Shown in pieces: positions 56,615 through 64,000 of a stretch of DNA of 64,000 bases. The notes below the pieces were generated by a model that was not told where the DNA came from, made no database searches, and was given only the letters and a program-made list of their open reading frames with translations. This stretch comes from Escherichia coli (GTDB lineage Bacteria > Pseudomonadota > Gammaproteobacteria > Enterobacterales > Enterobacteriaceae). Location: assembly GCF_016903815.1 (NCBI RefSeq), contig NZ_CP069973.1; one strand, 5' to 3'. The position numbers and the translations under genes were made by a program. Position 1 is the first letter of the stretch; each line of letters begins with the position of its first letter.

Positions 56615-57292
56615 ATGAATACCAGAATTCTTTTTCCCCTGCTGTTCACTGTGGCATCCTTCTCCGCCTCCGCCGGCAACTGGGCTGTCAAAAACGGCTG
56701 GTGTCAGACCATGACGGAAGATGGTCAGGCACTGGTAATGCTGAAAAATGGCACGATTGGTATTACCGGCCTGATGCAGGAATGCCCGAATGGCGTACAG
56801 ACGCTCCTGGGCAGCCGTATCAGTATTAACGGTAACCTGATCCCCACATCACAAATGTGTAATCAGCAGACGGGATTCAGGGCTGTTGAGGTGGAAGTCG
56901 GACAGGCGCCGGAAATGGTCAAAAAAGCCGTTCACTCCATAGCAGAGCGTGATGTGTCCGTTTTACAGGCATTTGGTGTACGAATGGAATTCACCCGCGG
57001 TGATATGCTGAAGGTCTGTCCGAAATTTGTCACATCACTTGCCGGTTTTTCCCCGAAACAGACACCCGCCATTAATAAAGATTCCGTCCTGCAGGCTGCC
57101 CGGCAGGCATACGCCCGGGAATATGACGAGGAAACAACAGAAACCGCTGATTTTGGCTCTTACGAAGTAAAAGGCAATAAGGTTGAGTTTGAAGTGTTCA
57201 ATCCTGAAGACCGTGCGTACGACAAAGTGACCGTCACGGTTGGTGCTGACGGTAATGCCACCGGTGCCAGCGTTGAATTTATCGGAAAATAG
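56615..57292 (+). CDS. hypothetical secreted protein
   Basis: Signal peptide [20 protein letters not shown]. Confidence 0.55.
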   Translation: MNTRILFPLLFTVASFSASAGNWAVKNGWCQTMTEDGQALVMLKNGTIGITGLMQECPNGVQTLLGSRISINGNLIPTSQMCNQQTGFRAVEVEVGQAPEMVKKAVHSIAERDVSVLQAFGVRMEFTRGDMLKVCPKFVTSLAGFSPKQTPAINKDSVLQAARQAYAREYDEETTETADFGSYEVKGNKVEFEVFNPEDRAYDKVTVTVGADGNATGASVEFIGK

Positions 57293-57297
57293 CCGGT

Positions 57298-57531
57298 ATG
57301 TCGGACTGTCACCCTGTTTTATTGCCCGAAGGCCCTTTCTCACGCGAACAGGCGGTTGCCGTCACAACAGCTTACCGCAATGTGCTTATTGAAGATGACC
57401 AGGGAACGCATTTCCGGCTGGTTATCCGTAATGCTGAAGGTCAGTTGCGCTGGCGATACTGGAATTTTGAACCTGATGCCGGAAAACAGCTAAATCCGCA
57501 TCTCGCCAGTGAGGGAATTCTCAGGCAATAA
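57298..57531 (+). CDS. hypothetical small protein
   Basis: 77-aa ORF only. Confidence 0.4.
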   Translation: MSDCHPVLLPEGPFSREQAVAVTTAYRNVLIEDDQGTHFRLVIRNAEGQLRWRYWNFEPDAGKQLNPHLASEGILRQ

Positions 57532-57620
57532 ACGTCTTCATTTCATCCATCAGGCCGCGTCTTCTCCGGGAGACGCGGCCTTTTCATTTATACCGCTAAC
57601 TCATTCATAAGGAGCAAAGT

Positions 57621-58439
57621 ATGCAATTAGCCAGTCGTTTTGGTCATGTAAATCAGATCCGTCGGGAGCGCCCACTGACACGCGAAGAACTGATGTACCA
57701 CGTCCCGAGTATTTTTGGAGAAGACCGGCACACCTCCCGCAGTGAACGGTATGCGTACATTCCCACCATCACCGTCCTGGAAAATCTGCAGCGGGAAGGC
57801 TTTCAGCCGTTCTTCGCCTGCCAGACCCGTGTGCGCGACCAGAGCCGTCGGGAATATACCAAACACATGCTGCGTCTGCGGCGGAGCGGACAGATAACCG
57901 GCCAGCATGTGCCTGAAATTATTCTGCTCAACTCCCATGACGGTTCATCCAGCTACCAGATGTTACCCGGATATTTTCGTGCCATCTGCACCAATGGCCT
58001 GGTCTGCGGTCAGTCGCTGGGAGAAGTCCGGGTGCCACACCGGGGAAACGTGGTGGACAGGGTGATTGAAGGTGCTTACGAAGTGGTGGGCGTTTTTGAC
58101 CGGATTGAGGAAAAGCGTGATGCCATGCAGTCGCTGCTCTTACCGCCACCGGCACGTCAGGCACTGGCTCAGGCGGCACTGACTTACCGTTATGGTGACG
58201 AACATCAGCCCGTCACCACTGCCGACATTCTGACACCACGACGCCGGGAGGATTACGGTAAGGACCTGTGGAGTGCTTATCAGACCATCCAGGAGAATAT
58301 GCTGAAAGGCGGGATTTCCGGCCGCAGTGCAAAAGGAAAACGTATCCATACCCGGGCCATTCACAACATCGACACCGACATTAAGCTCAATCGCGCATTG
58401 TGGGTGATGGCGGAAACGCTGCTGGAGAACCTGCGCTGA
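57621..58439 (+). CDS. DUF932-family protein (YfjQ/YafZ-like)
   Basis: Translation and CP4-type backbone position. Confidence 0.65.
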   Translation: MQLASRFGHVNQIRRERPLTREELMYHVPSIFGEDRHTSRSERYAYIPTITVLENLQREGFQPFFACQTRVRDQSRREYTKHMLRLRRSGQITGQHVPEIILLNSHDGSSSYQMLPGYFRAICTNGLVCGQSLGEVRVPHRGNVVDRVIEGAYEVVGVFDRIEEKRDAMQSLLLPPPARQALAQAALTYRYGDEHQPVTTADILTPRRREDYGKDLWSAYQTIQENMLKGGISGRSAKGKRIHTRAIHNIDTDIKLNRALWVMAETLLENLR

Positions 58440-58515
58440 TGCCGTTTACCTGAATCACGTCTGTCCCTGCCCCCGAGCCTTCTTCATTCATTTGCTTTTT
58501 ATAAGGAATAATATC

Positions 58516-59001
58516 ATGACAACCTCTTCGCATAATTCCACCACACCTTCTGTTTCCGTAACTACTGCATCAGGGAATAACCAGTCTCAACTGGTTGCCA
58601 CTCCCGTCCCTGATGAACAGCGCATCAGCTTCTGGCCGCAGCACTTTGGCCTCATTCCACAGTGGGTGACCCTGGAGCCCCGCGTCTTCGGCTGGATGGA
58701 CCGTCTGTGCGAAGACTACTGCGGTGGTATCTGGAATCTGTACACCCTGAACAACGGCGGGGCATTTATGGCACCCGAACCGGATGACGATGATGACGAA
58801 ACATGGGTACTGTTCAATGCCATGAACGGTAACCGCGCTGAAATGAGCCCGGAAGCTGCCGGTATTGCCGCCTGTCTGATGACGTACAGTCATCATGCCT
58901 GTCGTACGGAGTGTTATGCCATGACGGTCCATTATTACCGGCTGCGGGATTACGCCCTGCAGCATCCGGAATGCAGCGCCATTATGCGCATCATCGACTG
59001 A
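58516..59001 (+). CDS. antirestriction protein (KlcA/ArdB family, YfjX/YafX-like)
   Basis: RBS aaggaa then MTTSSHNS...; acidic DDDDDE patch; backbone position. Confidence 0.75.
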   Translation: MTTSSHNSTTPSVSVTTASGNNQSQLVATPVPDEQRISFWPQHFGLIPQWVTLEPRVFGWMDRLCEDYCGGIWNLYTLNNGGAFMAPEPDDDDDETWVLFNAMNGNRAEMSPEAAGIAACLMTYSHHACRTECYAMTVHYYRLRDYALQHPECSAIMRIID

Positions 59002-59016
59002 ATGGAGGCAGGGACA

Positions 59017-59493
59017 ATGCAGCAGCTTTCCTTTCTGCCCGGAGAAATGACGCCCGGCGAGCGCAGTCTCATTCTGCGGGCTCTGAAAACCCTGGACCGC
59101 CATCTTCATGAACCCGGTGTGGCCTTCACCTCCACCCGTGCGGCACGGGAATGGCTGATTCTGAACATGGCGGGACTGGAGCGTGAAGAGTTCCGGGTGC
59201 TGTATCTGAATAACCAGAATCAGCTGATTGCCGGTGAAACCCTCTTCACCGGCACCATCAACCGCACGGAAGTCCATCCCCGGGAAGTGATTAAACGCGC
59301 CCTGTATCACAATGCCGCTGCCGTGGTGCTGGCACACAATCACCCGTCAGGTGAAGTCACACCCAGCAAGGCAGACCGCCTTATTACGGAACGTCTGGTA
59401 CAGGCACTGGCCCTGGTGGATATCCGGGTGCCGGACCATCTGATAATCGGTGGCAGCCAGGTTTTCTCCTTTGCGGAACACGGTCTGCTTTAA
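59017..59493 (+). CDS. RadC-like JAB-domain protein (YeeS/YfjY-like)
   Basis: JAMM-like motif HNHPSGEVTPSKAD. Confidence 0.8.
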   Translation: MQQLSFLPGEMTPGERSLILRALKTLDRHLHEPGVAFTSTRAAREWLILNMAGLEREEFRVLYLNNQNQLIAGETLFTGTINRTEVHPREVIKRALYHNAAAVVLAHNHPSGEVTPSKADRLITERLVQALALVDIRVPDHLIIGGSQVFSFAEHGLL

Positions 59494-59561
59494 CCCGTCA
59501 CCGTCACAACCACATCACACCTGTTTTCACTTTTATCTTCTGTCTTCAGAGGTATCACACT

Positions 59562-59783
59562 ATGAAAATCATCACCCGTGGTGAAGCCATGCGTATTCAC
59601 CGTCAGCATCCTGCATCCCGTCTTTTTCCGTTCTGTACCGGCAAATACCGCTGGCATGGTGGCACTGAAGCGTATACCGGTCGTGAAGTGCAGGATATTC
59701 CCGGTGTGCTGGCTGTATTTGCAGAACGCCGTAAGGACAGTTTTGGCCCGTATGTCCGGCTGATGAGTGTCACCCTGAACTGA
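59562..59783 (+). CDS. DUF987 protein (YeeT-like)
   Basis: 73-aa ORF in conserved position between radC-like and antitoxin genes. Confidence 0.7.
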   Translation: MKIITRGEAMRIHRQHPASRLFPFCTGKYRWHGGTEAYTGREVQDIPGVLAVFAERRKDSFGPYVRLMSVTLN

Positions 59784-59945
59784 TGTTCCGTCACCCGGGA
59801 AACGAGTACGACCAGATGACCTCAGACGCCGCTGTGGATGAGGCCATTCTCATCAACGAATACACCTTCACCGAAACCGGTCAGCGCGCCGGCTGACCTG
59901 TCATCATTAAACCATTCTTAACCACTTTTCAGAGAGGATTTTATC

Positions 59946-60314
59946 GTGTCAGACAAACTCTCCGGGATAACTCATCCCGACGACAATCACGACCGCCCCT
60001 GGTGGGGGCTTCCCTGCACAGTGAGGCCCTGTTTTGGCGCTCGTCTGGTGCAGGAGGGTAACCGCCTGCATTACCTTGCCGACCGCGCCGGTATCAGAGG
60101 CCGCTTCAGCGACGCAGATGCATACCATCTGGACCAGGCCTTTCCGCTGCTGATGAAACAACTGGAACTCATGCTCACCAGCGGTGAACTGAATCCCCGA
60201 CATCAGCATACCGTCACGCTGTATGCGAAAGGGCTGACCTGCGAAGCCGACACCCTCGGCTCCTGTGGTTACGTTTATCTGGCTGTTTATCCGACGCCCG
60301 AAACGAAAAAGTAA
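59946..60314 (+). CDS. cbeA: type IV antitoxin CbeA/YeeU family
   Basis: Translation DDNHDRPWWGLPCTV...LVQEGNRLHYLADRAGI matches YeeU/YfjZ family. Confidence 0.8.
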   Translation: MSDKLSGITHPDDNHDRPWWGLPCTVRPCFGARLVQEGNRLHYLADRAGIRGRFSDADAYHLDQAFPLLMKQLELMLTSGELNPRHQHTVTLYAKGLTCEADTLGSCGYVYLAVYPTPETKK

Positions 60315-60403
60315 ACCACCGGAATAACCTTCTGCTCCGGCCTGGTGCTTTCACCACGCCACTTTTCCATTTTTCATCTCTGCATATCAGGAAAACCTTC
60401 AGT

Positions 60404-60781
60404 ATGAAAACATTACCCGATACACACGTACGGGAGGCATCGAGCTGCCCGTCTCCCGTCACCATCTGGCAGACTCTGCTCTCCCGACTACTGGGCCAGC
60501 ATTACGGCCTTACACTGAATGACACACCGTTCGCCGATGAACGTGTGATTGAGCAGCATATTGAAGCTGGCATTTCACTGTGTGATGCGGTGAATTTTCT
60601 CGTGGAAAAATACGCGCTGGTGCGTACCGACCAGCCGGGATTCAGCACTTGTCCCCGCTCTCAGTTAATAAACAGTATTGATATCCTCCGGGCTCGCCGG
60701 GCGACCGGCCTGATGACCCGCGACAACTACAGAACGGTAAATAACATTACCCTGGGTAAACATCCGGGGGCGAAACAATGA
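60404..60781 (+). CDS. cbtA: type IV toxin CbtA/YeeV family (cytoskeleton-binding)
   Basis: Translation ...LLSRLLGQHYGLTLNDTPFADERVIEQHIEAGISLCDAVNFLVEKYALVR matches YeeV/YpjF. Confidence 0.8.
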   Translation: MKTLPDTHVREASSCPSPVTIWQTLLSRLLGQHYGLTLNDTPFADERVIEQHIEAGISLCDAVNFLVEKYALVRTDQPGFSTCPRSQLINSIDILRARRATGLMTRDNYRTVNNITLGKHPGAKQ

Positions 60782-61200
60782 AACTGGCCCTGACGCTGGA
60801 AGCCGACAGCATTAATGCGCAGGCGCTGAACATGGGGCGCATTGTCGTTGACGTCGATGGTATTAAGCTCGCTGAACTGATTAACAAAGTCGCTGAAAAC
60901 GGTTATTCACTCCGCGTGGTGGATGAACATGACGCTACCGAAACACCGGCGACTTCTGCCAGCCCTCATCAGTTGCCGGAAGACAATACAGTGATACAGA
61001 GCGTGATGCCATTAACCACTGAAACAGCGCTGGATATCCTCATTGCGTGGCTGCAGGACAATATTGACTGCGAATCGGAAATTATCTTTGACAACGATGA
61101 GGACAAAACGGATTCGGCAGCACTGTTGCCCTGTATTGAACAGGCCAGGGAGGATATCCGTACCCTGCGCCAACTGCAGCTTCTGTACCAGAACCGGTGA
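60778..61200 (+). CDS. YeeW-like protein
   Basis: 140-aa ORF overlapping the toxin stop; backbone position. Confidence 0.6.
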   Translation: MKLALTLEADSINAQALNMGRIVVDVDGIKLAELINKVAENGYSLRVVDEHDATETPATSASPHQLPEDNTVIQSVMPLTTETALDILIAWLQDNIDCESEIIFDNDEDKTDSAALLPCIEQAREDIRTLRQLQLLYQNR

Positions 61201-61284
61201 GTCTTACTCACCAGACTTCATTCCACTGACGCCAGCCTGAACAGGGCAGGCGTTTTCATTTATCTGCAAAAAGGAATATCGATT

Positions 61285-62127
61285 ATGTCTGAAATCACAG
61301 CCCCCCGTCCGGAAGTGGTCAACGGGCATACGGACGTTATCTGCTCAACCAGTATCCGCCACATTCTGGCTGTACGAAAGAGTACACTGCTGCAAATCGA
61401 CACACTTATCCGGCAACTGGCTGAAATATCAGCAATGACAGAAAGTATTGGCGGTAAAGCCGCCCCGGGCTGGGCCATGAAACAGGATTTTCGCTACGGC
61501 TGCTGGCTGATGGAGAAACCGGAAACCGCAATGAAAGCCATCACACGCAATCTCGATCGCGAAATCTGGCGTGACCTGATGCAACGTTCAGGGATGCTTT
61601 CCTTAATGGATGCACAGGCCCGTGATACATGGTACCGGTCACTGGAGTACGATAATTTTCCGGAAATCAGTGAAGCGAACATTCTGATCACATTTGAACA
61701 ACTACACCAGAATAAGGATGAGGTGTTTGAGCGAGGGGTGATCAACGTCTTCAGGGGACTGAGCTGGAATTACAAAACCAATTGCCCCTGCAAATTTGGC
61801 AGTAAAATTATCGTCAACAACCTGGTGAGGTGGGACCGGTGGGGGTTTCATCTTATCACCGGGCAACAGACTGACCGACTCGTCGACCTGGAAAGAATGC
61901 TACATCTGTTCAGCGGCAAACCGATCCCCGACAACCGGGAAAACATCACTATTCGTCTGGATGGTCACATCCAGTCCGTTCAGGGTAAAGAGCGCTATGA
62001 AGACGAGATGTTCATCATTAAATACTTTAAGAAGGGATCTGCACACATCACTTTCAAAAGGCTGGAACTGATTGACAGAATTAACGATATAATAGCCAAG
62101 TACTTTCCTTCTGTGCTCTCAGCCTGA
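61285..62127 (+). CDS. DUF4942-like protein
   Basis: 280-aa ORF at the distal end of the CP4-type backbone. Confidence 0.55.
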   Translation: MSEITAPRPEVVNGHTDVICSTSIRHILAVRKSTLLQIDTLIRQLAEISAMTESIGGKAAPGWAMKQDFRYGCWLMEKPETAMKAITRNLDREIWRDLMQRSGMLSLMDAQARDTWYRSLEYDNFPEISEANILITFEQLHQNKDEVFERGVINVFRGLSWNYKTNCPCKFGSKIIVNNLVRWDRWGFHLITGQQTDRLVDLERMLHLFSGKPIPDNRENITIRLDGHIQSVQGKERYEDEMFIIKYFKKGSAHITFKRLELIDRINDIIAKYFPSVLSA

Positions 62128-62237
62128 TCCCGAGTGTGATTCCCTTTCGATATCAAAAGGGACTGCGGGTATAATTGAGGGTACATTTTTAATCAAACCA
62201 AATAAATTATATTAATATCAATATGATAAAAGAAATT

Positions 62238-62260
62238 TTCGATTCCGAGTCCGGCACCAC
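62238..62260 (+). repeat. attR-like direct repeat: imperfect copy of tRNA-Phe 3' end
   Basis: ttcgattccgagtccgg-cacca versus tRNA ttcgattccgagtccgggcacca (one base missing). Confidence 0.65.
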
Positions 62261-62274
62261 TAATTCTTAAGAAC

Positions 62275-62295
62275 CCGCCCACAAGGCGGGTTTTT
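62275..62295 (+). terminator. hairpin terminator
   Basis: cccgcccacaaggcgggttttt. Confidence 0.4.
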
Positions 62296-62439
62296 GCTTT
62301 TGGATCTTTATATAAAATAAACTTGGGAGCATAACGCCATCAGGTCTTAAACACTCCCGAATCATCAATAAACATCCCCCGTTAACAAAACACAGTTCAG
62401 TTCACATAACATCCCTGTTATCCCACACATATCTGCTGG

Positions 62440-62640
62440 CCGAACGACGCCAGTGCGCGTACGGAGGCAAGAGCAGCCCTGCACATGGCAGCGCTTGTGG
62501 TAACCTGGTTTAATCCGGTGATAAAGGCGTTTTACATGCATCTGCCAGCAGCCGGAAAAACCAAAAAAGTGGCGCTGGTTGACTGTATGCGTAAATTGCT
62601 GACCATCCTGAACGCAATGCTCAGAAAAAACGAAGAGTGA
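62440..62640 (+). pseudogene. IS110-family transposase 3' fragment
   Basis: Translated tail ...WFNPVIKAFYMHLPAAGKTKKVALVDCMRKLLTILNAMLRKNEE* typical of IS110-family C-termini; no N-terminal part present. Confidence 0.45.
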
Positions 62641-63450
62641 AATGAATCGTAGCATCATGTTGCTCCATAATTTTTACGTTCAAGACAGTTGATTATCGGC
62701 GCATATGACTCAAAAAGAGCCTGATGATTGCCTCTTTTCCATAGGCTCTTTCTCTGAAGTGAAGGAAGGCCCGGAAGAAAGCACTCGCTGGCATACGTGA
62801 CTCCAGCTCAACCGGAGATAATCACCATTGTTATTTTTCTATTTAATAATAATCTCCTGAAAAATAGATATAGCAAAAATACAATCCGGCCAGATTTAAT
62901 TCCGCATTCATTACCAGAAATAATCAACACCACAACTATCATATCATTCAATAGTCACCGCTAAAATTTTATTATTTTCCTCTTCTTTACATGGAAATTG
63001 TCAACCTGTTTATTATGCCGCACTTAAATAGTTAATCACAAAACAACATCACCATTATTTGCGTGTTTTATTTATTAATAACATAGTCATACGTTCTTTT
63101 TTTACAAGGAAATAATCAATTGATAAATTGTTTTTGGTCTTAATAGTCAAGTAGGAAACATTTTAATAAATGATAAAAATCCTAAATTCCTTGTTCATAA
63201 TGTAGGGGTGTGTTAAATAGGTGGGCAAAATTTGGTTCCCCTTCTCGCCTGTAATATTGCAGCATCTTCGCACCTCCATGAGACATTGCGACTTAATAAG
63301 AAGGTGATAAGTCCTGCATATAAGCATGGACTGACCATGGTTTTATATTCATTAAAAATTTTGTTACAACCCATTGATTTAGCATAAATAAATTATAGTG
63401 GGTTCGGGTTAGTTGTGACTGTGGCATTATTTCCGTGCAAAGGAGCTGAT

Positions 63451-64000
63451 ATGTCTGAAAGACATTTACCTGATGACCAGAGCAGTACTATCGATCCATA
63501 TCTAATTACCTCTGTTCGCCAGACTCTGGCAGAACAAGGCGCAGCATTACAAAACTTGTCTAAACAACTGGATTCCGGGCAGTACCAGCGTGTCCTTAAT
63601 TTGATAATGAACTGTAAAGGTCACGTTATTCTTTCGGGAATGGGTAAATCAGGGCATGTCGGTCGTAAAATGTCAGCGACGCTGGCCTCTACGGGTACGC
63701 CTAGTTTCTTTATTCATCCTGCAGAAGCTTTCCATGGCGATCTGGGCATGATTACGCCTTACGATCTTCTGATCCTTATTTCTGCCAGCGGTGAAACGGA
63801 TGAAATCCTCAAGCTAGTTCCTTCACTGAAAAATTTCGGCAACCGAATTATCGCCATTACCAATAATGGAAATTCCACGCTGGCGAAAAATGCTGATGCC
63901 GTGCTGGAACTCCACATGGCGAATGAAACCTGCCCGAATAATCTTGCACCAACAACGTCTACCACGCTGACGATGGCGATCGGCGATGCGCTGGCGATTG
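63451..64000 (+). CDS. kpsF: arabinose-5-phosphate isomerase KpsF (5' part; continues beyond window)
   Basis: SIS-domain motifs GMGKSGHVGRKMSATLASTGTPSFF; RBS aggag; preceded by about 700 bp of AT-rich DNA. Confidence 0.85.
   Translation, partial: MSERHLPDDQSSTIDPYLITSVRQTLAEQGAALQNLSKQLDSGQYQRVLNLIMNCKGHVILSGMGKSGHVGRKMSATLASTGTPSFFIHPAEAFHGDLGMITPYDLLILISASGETDEILKLVPSLKNFGNRIIAITNNGNSTLAKNADAVLELHMANETCPNNLAPTTSTTLTMAIGDALAI

Noticed and set aside
58570-59343. 257-aa minus-strand ORF
   Set aside because: Antisense to the antirestriction and radC-like genes, both of which have strong RBSs and recognisable motifs

Overview
Escherichia coli-type chromosomal window, read by eye from the sequence and the supplied ORF translations; no database search or computation was run. 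Positions 1-18.7 kb are conserved core genes (rsmE 3' end, gshB, yqgE, ruvX, yggR, yggS, yggT, yggU, rdgB, hemW, yggM, ansB, yggN, yggL, trmB, mutY, yggX, mltC, nupG, speC, yqgA) ending at a tRNA-Phe gene (18802-18877). A roughly 43 kb mosaic integrative island follows, bounded by a P4-type integrase at 19075 and an imperfect copy of the tRNA 3' end at 62238-62260. The island carries a phosphoethanolamine-transferase-like gene, a WYL-regulator-headed cassette of membrane proteins, a beta-barrel outer membrane protein, an H-NS paralog, the scrKYABR sucrose PTS regulon, IS3, a 1074-aa NERD/kinase-like ORF, an integrase remnant, IS2-like and IS66 debris, T6SS tssF/tssG remnants, AlpA and Gp2-family genes, a TIR-domain gene in an AT-rich desert, and a CP4-type backbone (yeeP-like GTPase to cbtA/cbeA). 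The window ends with the start of kpsF (capsule locus). The strongest candidates for an undescribed system are the NERD/kinase ORF, the WYL-regulated cassette and the TIR-domain gene.
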